Positions 23,701 to 35,400 of a stretch of DNA of 64,000 nt are shown piece by piece; within the stretch, counting starts at the first letter, position 1; every line of letters starts with the position of its first letter. A model generated the notes under the pieces. It saw only the letters and a list, made by a program, of their open reading frames with translations. It was not told the origin of the DNA and made no database searches. Both the position numbers and the translations under genes were made by a program. Source of the DNA: Amphiscolops sp. MND2022 (taxonomy: Eukaryota); contig OZ076419.1 of NCBI GenBank assembly GCA_964187785.1, positions 22,816,001 to 22,880,000 on the forward strand. The letters are read 5' to 3'.

Positions 23701-26266
23701 GCCTCTCTTGACGCTCCAAATTTGGTCGCTCGTCACATCTACATGGACGATCTCTATGTGTCGACTGATACCCTCGGAGAAGCAAAGAATTTGCGAACAG
23801 TCCTCCAAACAGTTTTAGCAACCGGTGGTTTCAATTTACCGAAATGGACGTCCAACAACCTTGAATTCAATCAGTCCATTCCGGAGTCCGACAGATCGAA
23901 TTCAGCACCAATCAATACAAACAAGAAAGTTATTGACAGAGTATTAGGCGTGAAATGGAATACGATTGACGATTGCTATCTTTTGGAACCTACCAATTTT
24001 CAAGACACTCCAAAAATGCTAACCCAAAGAACACTACTGAAGTACGTTTCTTCAATTTTTGACCCTCTTAGTATGTCGTCACCTATTCAAATTCGCGTTT
24101 GCACCTCTTTTTAGCTAATTTGGAAGGGTAACCAGCATTGGGATCGTCCCATCGCGCTTGCAGATTATCCTGAGCTGAAAAATTTTTTCGAAGATGTAGC
24201 GAACCTTTCGACAGTTCACATCAAGCGACATTATTTCGAAGCTTCCAAACAACCAGTTCATAAAGAATTAGACGTTTTTAACGATGCTTCTGAAAAAGCA
24301 GTAGCCAATGTTGTATTTCTTCGTACAGTTTTCGTGAGTCTCAGTTTCATTCTAGGAAAAGCTCGAGTAGCACCAATCAAAAGAATGACGACCCCTAATC
24401 TCGAACTATTGGCAGCAACGAACGGGGCCAAACTGGCTCAATTCATCAAGAAGAGCAAAACTTTTCTTTTGACGCACTTGTATATTGGACAGACAGCACT
24501 ACAGTTCTATCTTGGATCAACTCATCCGAGAGCCGATACAAAATTTTCATAGCCAACCGTATATCCATCATTCTCTCAACTTCGACTGTGTCGCAGTGGC
24601 GTTACGTTCCCACAGACTTGAATCCGGCCGACAATGGTACTAGAGGAATACCGGTTTCAATTTTCACATCCGAGTCACGATGGCTCAAAGGACCTGATTT
24701 TCTTCCGAAAAATCCAGAGACTTGGCCAAAAAGACCAAACATCGCACCCCAACGTCCGAATTCTTGTTTTCCTCTGCACCCGATTGACGCAATCGTAACT
24801 TTTCTTCAAAATTTTAGTCAATGGACTCGTCTCCTCAAAACCGTTGCATTCTGTTATTTATTGTTGGACAAACACCGTCGTATCAACGATAGACTGGGTG
24901 TTGCTCACCTTATGAAATCGTTCCGATGGATCTTATTGGAGACTCAACGAACTTCGTTTCCGGAAGAAATCAACGCTCTAAGGAATCAAAAACCTCCTGC
25001 GTCTAACTCACGAATATCCTCGCTCTCTCCATTTCGTGATCGTCAAGGTCTTCTTCGCTCTCGTGGCAGCTTTCCAAAGCTAAATATCTGCTTGTGGCGC
25101 GTTACCCAATCATTCTTGATTCGAAACATCCGGCAGTAAAACTGTTTCTCCTCCATATCGACAAAAGCAACTCCCACGCTAGTCTCGAACAGTCTCGTAG
25201 CCTTGTTCAAGAGCAGTTTTGGGTTCTGCGTTGTCGATCTGCACTCAAGACCATCATCCATCATTGTATGCCTTGCAGAAGGATTACCCAGCATGTTGAC
25301 TATCCGATCATGGCTGATCTACCTGATTGTCGCTTACCTTCTGCCAACCACTTTCCATTTCTTACAACAAGACTCGATTTCGTTGGTCCGTTTCCCATCA
25401 AAACCAATGTCCCATTCGAGAGACGATATTGCTTGCTATTTACTTGCCTTGTCACAAGAGCTGTTCATATAGAAACTTGTGCTGATCTTATTACTGAGGC
25501 AACCCTCATGGCAATACGTCGTTTCGTTTCTTTGCGTGGAAATCCACAACAAATCTACTCTGACAATGCGACAACTTTCATCAAAGCTAGTAAAGAACTG
25601 AAAGATGGCATTGAGAAACTTCGAACGGACAATTCCTTTCGCGACGCCTTGTTACTACTCCATTTGGATTGGCGCTTTATCCCCCATCATCGCCCCATTT
25701 TAGTGGTTCTTGGAAGAGTTTGGTAAAGGTGTTCAGGAATGCCTTTTACCGTGTAATTGGTTCTCGAACTTTGACTCATGACACCCTCTCGACGTTTGTG
25801 TGCGAGGTTGCTGCTATGATGAATGGTCGACCTCTTACTCAAATATCCAGCGATTTCCGAGACGTGGAACCAATCACACCAAACCATTTCCTGCTGGGCC
25901 GTCCATCGCCAAGTATTCCACCCGGCATTTTCTTGGATAAGTCAGTCACTATCTCCAGCAGTTGGAAGCAAGCACAACAGATCTCTGATCAGTTTTGGAA
26001 TCCGTTTTCTAAAAGAATACATGCCTACTCTCCTCAAGCGTGGCAAATGGTCCACTCCAACCCAAAATTTGCAGCCTGGCGACTTGGTTTGGGTACTAGA
26101 AGATTTTACACCACGTGGGTTATGGCCGATGGCAAGAGTTGACAAAGTGTTTCCGGGGGCGGATGGAGTAGTGCGATCTTGCAGACTCAAAACGACCTAT
26201 GGCTACATTCACAGACCAGTCGTGAACTTGTCAAAAATCCCTGTCGACATCGTAAACAAAATTTGA
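17721..26266 (+). pseudogene. gag-pol: BEL/Pao gag-pol pseudogene with internal 3.1-kb tandem duplication
   Basis: Starts MPPKTYNLRN; DUF1759-like IQPPVFQGNPLAWLD; many stops and frameshifts; ends HRPVVNLSKIPVDIVNKI*. Confidence 0.92.
18819..25057 (+). repeat. Tandem duplication, 3112-bp units (18819-21930 and 21946-25057) with 15-nt junction filler
   Basis: Period 3127; duplicated ORF pairs such as 19666/22792 and 21208/24334; above 99% identical; filler aaactggcgaaacat at 21931-21945. Confidence 0.95.
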
Positions 26267-26335
26267 AACTTCGTCCTAATTTTACCTGAATAGTGATATC
26301 AACTTTCAGCCAAACCTTTTTTCGGGGTCGGAATA

Positions 26336-26764
26336 TGTTGTGACTCAACATTTTTGATCGGTGAATTTCTTTGATTGTGATTCATACGTGAAATCTTTTG
26401 AGTAGTTTTTCAATTGTTGTTCAACTCGTATTACTCATAGCAAGTTCTCCTCAACGAAGTTATTCGAAAAATATTCTTTGCACCTTTGCAAGATATAGAA
26501 ACGAAACTCAAGAAAAGAAAGGAGAAAGAGGAAACCAAATCCTCAGGTAAATATATTTCGAAACTGTCCCCTCTGTGTTACACTTCCTCTTTTCTGATTA
26601 CTCTTAAATGATAAATATACTTTATATAGTATCAGTTATTTTACTGGTCTCAACCTTTTGCTAATCTTAGTCAGTGTTTCCGGGCATTTCCTGACCAATC
26701 ATTTTATGGCCACTGTCCCCACGACTGCTACGACGAATTCACCCATTATGCGAGGTCAGTAACA
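26336..26764 (+). repeat. 3' LTR of nested BEL/Pao (429 bp)
   Basis: Follows the PPT; TGTT...AACA. Confidence 0.95.
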
Positions 26765-28651
26765 AATGATAGCAGCAAATGATATCGAACGAAACGAAAA
26801 AAAAAGAAGTAGAGCCCGAAGAACAAATAGAAGATCCCGAAAGCGAGGGGGAAGGCGAAATATCAGAGGCGATAACTTACCGATTGTTGATTAACGAAGC
26901 TACAACACAGACGGGAATGTGGCACATTACGTGCAAAATATTCAAATAGTCGGAGCAGTAACCAAAGAAAAGAAAGCCGCGGAAAGCAAAACCGAGAAAG
27001 CCACAGACAAGAATTTATGCTAGACTTGAAAACAATGATAGCAAAATCATCTACTGTTGCCGACCTGAACAGAGTAAAACTAGCAACAACCCGAAACGAC
27101 CGCGATATGGCACCTGAAGGTTACAAGCAACAACTCAACGGCCTGTAAATGAAGTGGGGGTTGTTGTTCAGCGACAAAACCATCATCCCGAATGAACTCA
27201 GAAAAAAACTTCTGGACACCTTGCCTTACGGACATGCCGGAACAACAAAAATGGCAGATGAAGTTAAAAATTTCTCGTGGCCCAATGTCATACAGGAAAT
27301 CGAGGAGCAAATGAAAAAAATGCTTGGCTTGCCTAGCAGGCGGTAAGAAATTGAAATATCAAATACCGAAAAACAAATGCGGAAAATGAAAAACACTAAC
27401 CTAGCAGGGACCAGAAAACCAAATTGAATTCCCGGAATCTACGCAACAAAACATTGAACAGGGAAAATCAAATATTAGTAGCAGTCGATAGATTTAGTAA
27501 ATGGCCGACCACCGTGAAAATTTGTAAACCCTCCGAGACAATAGGAGTCATAAACTTTTTAACGCAAAATTTTAATCTTTACATCTTAACGGAATACCGG
27601 AAAAGATTAAATCGGATGAAGGTGGAGCATTCATTTCGAAAGAATACACCGAAACGCGCAAATCAAAAACATTGAATTGAATACTGCACATCGAGAATAC
27701 ATACAAGTACGGGAGCAGTTGAACGCGCGATACAAACAATAAAGAACTTAATCATAGCTAATTTGGAAGACAATTTATGCTTGACCGAATGTGTTAATGT
27801 TGCGTTAAAATTATTGAGCTTTACAAATCGCACGGGATTAAAATTAACAACATTTGAGCTTCACCACGGCAGAAAACGAAGACCGGAGAGAAGCGGCAGA
27901 AAAGTTATTGAAAAAGAAATCTACGGTTAGTAAGTGTTCCTTTAAAACCGTTGGAAAAACCATAACAAGAAATCACAGGAAGAGAAATTTGAAACGAAAT
28001 TACAAATCGCAATAAACGGAACGGAACATTCGGTAACTACAGAATTTGGAAAATTGAAAACAAATTTCGGGACCATTTCGGAAGAAAGAACGGGCCCTGA
28101 AAACCGGTGACAAGATAACACCGAAAAACAGACACTGCTTACGCGGAGTAGACGGGAAGTACATTCAGTGGAAAGAGATCTTCAGAAATATCCTGAATAG
28201 AAAACTGAAAATCATCCAAAACCGGACGATCAACTCAGATACCGAATCATAGCGCGAGGAAGGAGAGATCTGTGACCAAGATGAGAGTGAATCCGAAATG
28301 GAAAACCCTGAGACGTCCAGAAGAAACGGATTTAAACCGATAACAACCAATCCCGAGGACGAATTGAAGCTACAAACTGATGGTGAATTGCATACCGGTG
28401 AGAATAAAAATAAAACACTGATAACCAAAAATACTTTCACAAGGTCAAATCGGGAAAGTAGACAACCGAGTAGATACGGGGGGGTACCATATACAAAACA
28501 CTTTTGGACATAAATATGGGTTTTAAATATTTGTTTCAGGGTTCATCGGAAGAGCAGGAAACCTACTGAAACCGTCGAATTCCGAGAGAGAACAAAGCCC
28601 GATGCCGCGTTCATCAAAAATGCAAAAGAAAACATCCCCAGGAGGCGGGAA

Positions 28652-28911
28652 TGTTATACGGTGTAATACCGATACTGAATACCGATACTATTCGGCTGAA
28701 ACACTGTCAAATTGTCAATCAATCTGATTTCCAAAATTGCAATAATGATTCTATTTATGTTGGGGTATATTTATATACACTAATACAAAATGTAAATTAG
28801 ATTAAGTTGATAGAGTATCATTGGTGTCTATTTTTGCATAGTAATCAGTTGGTACCAATATGAAGACTTTATAGATACCTCATCTTTTTATCGAATTTTT
28901 AAAATAGAACA
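28652..28911 (+). repeat. 3' LTR of Gypsy copy 2
   Basis: Follows PPT aggaggcgggaa; homologous to 12751-13001. Confidence 0.9.
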
Positions 28912-29242
28912 ATATGTTGTCTCTTTGAATGACTTGTCACTTTTCCGATTTGAAATCAGTTGCCGCCTGATGAGTTGTCACTTGATATGGCTTGTTGCCG
29001 TATGAAATTTATCTATTTCTCAAACATAACAGTTATGCAAAACTTGGCAAATAGAGCAAATTCAAGATAACTTAAAATCTGTGGGGTATATTCCTTGTTT
29101 CTGCGACACAGTTTAGATGCTTTAAAGTAGCAACTAAACAAGAAATACGAAACAAAGCTAATTTAAAACTTAGAATTGAAAACAGGAAATGATAAAGGTG
29201 GTAGCATTTAGATTTTCATTCTCGCAGATAAATGCTACTTAC

Positions 29243-29432
29243 TTAAAGGGCGGCAACCTTTGATATATTGGCGATCACATGCATGCCAAACTCCCCCGTG
29301 ACGGTTATAAGTGTCTTGCAGTTCCGTACCACTGACCCAGATGAAGGGGAAATGTGCGAGAAGTACACCAATCAAAACAATCAATTGGATAATTATTATA
29401 AACCCAAATTGGTGACGTACCAACTTATCCAT
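29243..29432 (-). CDS. Claudin/PMP22/EMP-like protein, coding exon 1 (TM1 and first extracellular loop)
   Basis: MDKLVRHQFGFIIIIQLIVLIGVLLAHFPFIWVSGTELQDTYNRHGGVWHACDRQYIKGCRPL carries the W...G-[LV]-W-xx-C-x7-C signature; perfect donor A|gtaagt. An upstream TACTAAC branch point and pyrimidine tract imply a further 5' UTR exon. Spliced CDS is 190+168+185=543 nt, 180 aa. Confidence 0.88.
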
Positions 29433-30811
29433 TTCTGATGGGCGGCAGGAATTGAATTCGTCAGGTGCTTTCAGAGTTAGTAAAAGAAAAGAGAGAAAAA
29501 ATCATGTGAAAGGACATTCAATAACGAAAAAGCAACAAGGTATTCATCTGAATAAAAAAATACAATGGGGACAAAAACCAGCTGAACAGTTCATGCCCCA
29601 AGTGTTTATAGTTTCAAAGTAATCAACTGTCTTCGTGTTTTGAGAACAATTTTTTGATCGGGACGTGTTTTTGTGTCGGTGTTTTACAAAATCAAAACCT
29701 CATTTAAGTTTCAATTTTCACTATGGTGTCCGGAAAACATATCAGAATATTCCAGTTTCGAAACATTTTTCACGAACACTCAAGAAAAGTTCTAAGAAAT
29801 TTCTAATCAATTCCGATCAAGATTTTATGATTATAAATTATGATAATTTGTCTATTAGTTTTTTAGTTTCGTTCGAAAAACACCTTATGTTGAATTTTGT
29901 ATCTGCTGAAGATAAGGTGTCAAATCAAGTTGAGCTGAATATCATCTTCTGTAGCATCGACTGCAAATATTTGAGACCAGTTTCAAATTTAGAGCTTCGA
30001 AAGATAGAACATTCAGCGTTACTTTACGACGTTACATTAGTGAGCTTAGTTCTCGATAATTATTCAAAGACTGTTCTCATTAAATCAAGAACCGGAAAAT
30101 TGTAATAACCATGGCCGAATGTTAAAAACTTTGGTGGTTTCAGAATGCTGGCCAATTTCAAATTGCAAAAGAATTCTTATTGAAATTAAGCTGTCATTGA
30201 ATGCATGAACGCTTACAAGTTTCGTATGCATGTTGTATGAATCATAATTTTTTGCCAGAATTTACTAGCTTGATAAGTTAGACTTAGATGAATATCCATT
30301 ACAGTATGATCGAATACCAACTTATAAATATAAAGTGAAAGTGTCTGAAATGAGTTCAACCATAAAATCGCATCTTGGTCATGCAGCATTAAAAATCTTC
30401 ATAGCAATGAAGGCAACGTCGTTCAATGTATATGTTCTTTGGAAAGCAAATCTAATCCTCAAAATTTTTTCTCTATGGACTAAAAAATAGCACAGGGGAG
30501 ATATTTTGATTATATAATTTATTCAAGAAATTAAGTCTTTGGTCTCATTCAGCTTTGTAGTTTTAGGCAAAATCATAAAATAAAGGAACACTTTGGTTGC
30601 TTCGGATGCTCTTTAGTTATTGGGCGAACATATAACTTGCGTGTAGCTAATTTGGTTACTTTTAACCGATCTTAAAAGCTAATGCGTTAGTCGGTCTACG
30701 CTGCAAATAGCACCGAATAAAAATGAAGATTATGATCTGGAAATTTTGTTAAAAAAACTGTTTTTTCATTCGCACTCGAACAGAAACTTCGAAAACTACC
30801 ATTCTTGAGTC

Positions 30812-31360
30812 CCCTTGTTGAAACTTCTTGAACTTTTTGCATGTACTTTAATGTTGCCAGCAACTTTTATTATGATTTTCTAAAACTCTTACGGAAACTT
30901 TAACGAGAAAATGTTTACCTGTTGTTTTCGACTTTTATCAAGCTGCTTGAAAGATTCATCAAAGTTTTGGCGGCAATTTTACGCCTTGAAGTTTTGCAGG
31001 TTTCATTAAGAAGCAGTTCTAATTTTAAAAGCAAATAAATTGCTCTCAGTTTAACAGCCATTTTAATGCAAAATTACTTCAGTCACCTAATAAGCTGCAA
31101 TATAACGTCATGTTTAGCGTCCTATTTGAGACGCGGTGATCACATCAGATGAGTAGTTGAGAAAGCAAATTGTAAATACAATAAGGTCGTGTCGGTGATG
31201 ATGTTGTATCTATTTTCAAATTTAATTGCAGTAGTGGAAAATGCAGTGTAATTCTACAAGATTTACCACCTGAATTACCCTGAATTTTCTAGGTTTTATA
31301 AACAATTACCCTGCATGCAGGCCTGCAGCATGTAAAAAGTTCCTGCAGTCTCAACTAGGG
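30812..31360 (-). mobile_element. MITE of the CCCT...AGGG family (second full copy, opposite orientation), 2-bp TSD (TC)
   Basis: cccttgttgaaacttcttgaactttttgcatg ... catgtaaaaagttcctgcagtctcaactaggg; interior is the reverse complement of 10082-10628; flanks gagtc| and |tctcc. Confidence 0.75.
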
Positions 31361-31464
31361 TCTCCAAAAAAATGCTTTGTTCCACCGATGCTTTGTTCTT
31401 TATCAGATGTTAAGAAGCCGGGAACAGAATAAGTCGGTGCCAGCTCAAAAAAACGCACAAAGTT

Positions 31465-31819
31465 TTACAAATTGTTAAAAAAGGCCCTCTTTACAACTTC
31501 TTCGTTTTGTTGAAATTTGCTAGCACTCCTCATGGTCAATTCGCCTAGTTGAAAAAAAAAGATATTATACCAGTCGTGTTTCATTTCCTGAAGCACTGAC
31601 AACGAAACCGCTTTCGATTCAATGTCGCGTAACACCCCGCGTGGCAGTAGATCAGTCAATTCACTCAGTGGTTTGTACACACAACGACAAACCAGAGATT
31701 TTTTACCACTGCCAACTAGTCAAGTCATTATTAATCGGTGGGAAAATTTATATTGATTGCGTGGTTCCCGTAATAATTTCTGCCCAAATAAGCATATGGA
31801 AAGGAATATCTCTAGCATA
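31465..31819 (-). pseudogene. P-loop NTPase fragment, NACHT/STAND-like, with a stop in the Walker A region
   Basis: ...HRLIMT*LVGSGKKSLVCRCVYK...HDWYNIFFFQLGELT...; TGA sits where Gly of GxxGxGK is expected; the second motif resembles NACHT F-x-x-V-F-x-L-x-x-REL; flanked by MITEs; no Walker B recovered. Confidence 0.4.
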
Positions 31820-31990
31820 CCCGGGTTGAGATTGCAGGAAATTCTTTCATGCACAGGCATGCACGCAGGGATCATTTTTGATAAATTTTAGAAACTTCAG
31901 GGACCCTGCATGGAAAATTTTGTAAAAACTTCCCTGCATCTTGTAAAATCTTATAAAACTTTCCCTGCATCTTGGAAAAACTTGGAAGCA
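31820..31990 (+). repeat. Left-end fragment of a CCC-terminal MITE relative
   Basis: cccgggttgagattgcaggaaattctttcatgca resembles the family TIR; followed by ccctgcatcttg subrepeats. Confidence 0.5.
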
Positions 31991-32430
31991 TTTCCATGCG
32001 CTTTGATAAAAAGACCCTGCAGTTTATAAGAAAATTGAAAACAACGTTCAAGCAACTGGTAAAAATTTTGAAAAAAATCGTGCAATTCAGATCAAAAAGC
32101 ACTCCGAAAACTCAATATAGGCATCTCAAAAGCGCCGACTTAGAGAAGCAGAACTGCTTATTCGGCGTTCACGCCGCAGAATTAGGGAAACTATGCTCTT
32201 TCTTTCCTCAAACTTCGCAGAAACCTAGCCTCGTTTTTCCCAAAATTTGTCATGTTGCAAATTCAATAGCCAAACTATAGTTTTTCCACAGAATTCAACT
32301 AACGTTGAATTACTTTCGTGGAAAATCGATTTGTAGAGATATTTGAAGTAATTTGGAAATGACGGTCATTACACCCAAATAGTCAAAAACTGTCATTTTT
32401 GCACTGTCAGTAAGCGATTTCGTGTTTTAC

Positions 32431-35400
32431 TGTGGTAGAGCTGTAATATTATGCAATATTTACAGAAGTACCTGCCACCGCAAGAGCGTAGGAAAAAAAT
32501 AAACTGTTCATTCACGCCACAAGTTGTGAAACTGTCAATTTACTCAGATTTTCCATAATACTTCGTTTTGCAAAGTTGAAGATAGCGTTAACATGGCGCT
32601 GTGAGTCAATGATACTGACGACGCACCTTCTTCTCCTCTTCCGGGACTGTCCTACTTCTGGCAGGACGCCAAAAAAACACCTACAACAGAATGGGCCAAT
32701 TGGGCACAATTGTCCGAAATGGCAGTATTAGCCAGACATTCAATTTCAATTTCGGAGGTTATTAAAGAACCCAACCGAGCAAGACCCGTTAATTTCAGCG
32801 TTACTTGGAAATCTTACGGTTGCAACTCCTGCAAAGAAAGTGGTGAGTTTACCTTATCTGTCAATAGGAAAAACTGGCAGAAAAATGCTAACTGACAAGT
32901 TTCCCATACAAACATTTTCATAATTGACCTCACCGTAATACTGGAAAGATGTGCAGAAAGCTTTGAAGTGAAAAGCAATCGTACCTTGGATAGACACATG
33001 TTCTTCTCAAGCAAGCAGCAACCAGCGGAATCCCTCCATCAAATTTGGAACAATTTAAATGGCCTTGCTGCAAAATGTGACTTTGGAGAACAAACGGAGA
33101 GCTTGGTGTACGACATGTTTGTGCTAAATATGTCTAACAAGCAGGCCCAGGAGAGGCTTTGTACTGAGCTAAAAGAAGACCCAATGGCGGCGCTCCAGTT
33201 TGCCATTGCATTTGAAGAAGGCATTAGAACACATAAAACGATAGGCCAACCGTGTACATCTACAAAAGTGGGAGAAGAACCGGTTTTTATGGTTGCAGGG
33301 CATAACGACAAAAAGGAATGCTGGAGATGTGGAGCAGGAAATTATATGGCGGCACACTTGAAAGTCTGCGAAGCACCTGAAACAAATTGTAATTACTGCG
33401 GCATCAAAGGACACTTCGATAAATGCTGTAACTCTAAAGAGAAGGACAGGTTGAACAAAATTGCCATTCCAAAGAACTTTGACAGAAAATTCCAAAATGC
33501 CAAAAGAGTCCAGAGAGTGGATTATTACGAAGAAGATCAACATTCAGATAGTGACGAAATGGTGCTAAATGTTGAAACTGAAGAAACAAACAATTCTGAG
33601 TCCTGCTATATGGAAGGGTGGATAAATGGCTTTCGGGTTAAAACAATGATAGACACCGGCTCACCTCTTACTATCTTCGCTATTGATGAGATTAAAAGAA
33701 CCATGCGGAGAGCAGATCTTCAAGTAAGACCAATGGTTGAAGAAGAGAAGTGTGTAGACATCAACGGCAAACCATTAAAACTCCTTGGTTACGTGTTTTG
33801 TCAGCTGCAAGTCGGAGAGAAATTTATAAAGAGGTCAAGGGTTGTAGTGGCAAAAGAAGGAATGAAGTCAATGGTGGTTAGAGAGTGGTTGTCGACTTTG
33901 AAATTCAAGATGATACAAAAACCAGTGGGTGAGTTGGATATTAATGTAATCGAAAAAGAGAGCAAAACTAAGTCAGGAAACAAAGGCCTTAGTAAATTAA
34001 TTTCCGAATCTACTTTCGAGTAATGGAAAAATTAAAGATTACAAATTCAAAATAAAAATGAAAGAAGATGCTTCTATTTCTCAGCAAAGAGGAAGAAGAA
34101 TACCAATTCAAATGCAAAAAGTGGTAGATTCAAAAATTAAAAGATTGCTGAACGAAGGCAATATTGAAAGGGTAGACGAAATTTAGGACGATGTTTTCAG
34201 CCGACGGTCATAACGGTAAAAATAAATCGATCGGTAAAAATAGCACTAGACGCCAGAGCACTGAATAAAACCTTTGATAAAGAAAAACATCAGATGCCCA
34301 ATTTGGAAAATTTAATGGAAATGATCGCTGAAAGATTAGATAATTCAGACGTAGAAACTTGGTACTCGTCTGTAGCTTTAACGTACGCATACGGTCAAGT
34401 TCCATTACACGCACAAACGGCAAAACATTGCAGTTTTTAAATTTTTGGCAATGAATCAACGGAGACGTACCAATTGTAACAGGTTTTTATGGTCTGACAG
34501 TTATGCCGACAGAATTTCAAAAGGTTATGGATAACCTTCTAGCTAGATTTAGAGAACTGTTTGTTTTTTTGATGATATTTTAATCGTAACAAAGGGACCA
34601 AAGAAAGAACAATTGACAGAAATGCGGTAAACACTCAAGGTATTAGATCTGGCAAATCTGCAAATAAAGGCAGATGAATGCAAAATTGCACAGAACCAAA
34701 CTGAATGGCTTGGACTTAAATTGACTAATTCAGGGGCGTCACCAGTTAACAACAAAGTGCAAGGTATTACAGAAAGATTACCACTATCGAATTTAAAAGA
34801 TTAAAGGTCGTATCTAGGTGCCGTCAATCAATTAGAAAACTTCATCACGGACTTGGCACCGGAATGTTTTCCTTTCAGAAATAGGTTAGAGAAAGATGCG
34901 GAATGCAAGTGGTCATCAGACCATGAGAAGGCATTTGAGAGAAATATTAATCTAGTGAAAAAAGTGGTAGGAATGACTCATTTCAAAAGAAAGTGCACGT
35001 TGCGAACTGTCTGTGATGCAAGAAACAAGGACTAGGAGCGGTTTTACAACAAAATGAAGAAAATAATTGGAAACCAATTGCGTACGCATCCAGATTTTTA
35101 ATCAATTTTGAAGCGAAAAACTCAATTAACGAATTGGAGTCACTAGCGGTAGTATGGTCTGTTGAACATTTCCAAAATTATGTACATGGAATCGAAACTG
35201 ATATAGTATCCGACCACAAAGCGTTAAAAAGTGTTTTCAAAGCCAATAAAGCAAAAAAAAACATTTTCCAGCTGTTTAACAAGATGGGTAGATTAATTAC
35301 TCCCATTTGAATTTACTGTTGTACACACACGACACCTGGCAGAACGCTAGAGATGGCGGATTACTTATCACGTCACCCATCTCCATAAAGCGGCGCGGTT

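Larger units (their letters stand above)
16312..26764 (+). mobile_element. Decayed BEL/Pao LTR retrotransposon nested in the Gypsy pol region
   Basis: LTRs 16312-16741 and 26336-26764 (TGTT...AACA, about 93% identical); PBS at 16748; gag Cys motifs (CFNCLKGQ, CQHPGCMKKKHHTLLH); ALLDTGRS protease; LSADIEAMFMQV and IYMDD RT; GKARVAPIK Pao RNase H; LDFVGPF and SDNATTF integrase; PPT ttcggggtcggaata. Confidence 0.95.
12751..28911 (+). mobile_element. Decayed Ty3/Gypsy (Mag-like) LTR retrotransposon, interrupted by a BEL/Pao element
   Basis: LTRs 12751-13001 and 28652-28911 (TGTTATAC...AGAACA, about 80% identical); PBS tggcgcaatcagc at 13002; PPT aggaggcgggaa 28640-28651; gag YTPKQWL*RFRQYTKRKH with two Cys knuckles; IIDTGSP; WLDD; integrase fragments after 26765. 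No clean TSD. Confidence 0.9.

Noticed and set aside
29665-30105. 146-aa plus-strand ORF
   Set aside because: Non-ATG start, AT-rich, no motifs or splice signals.
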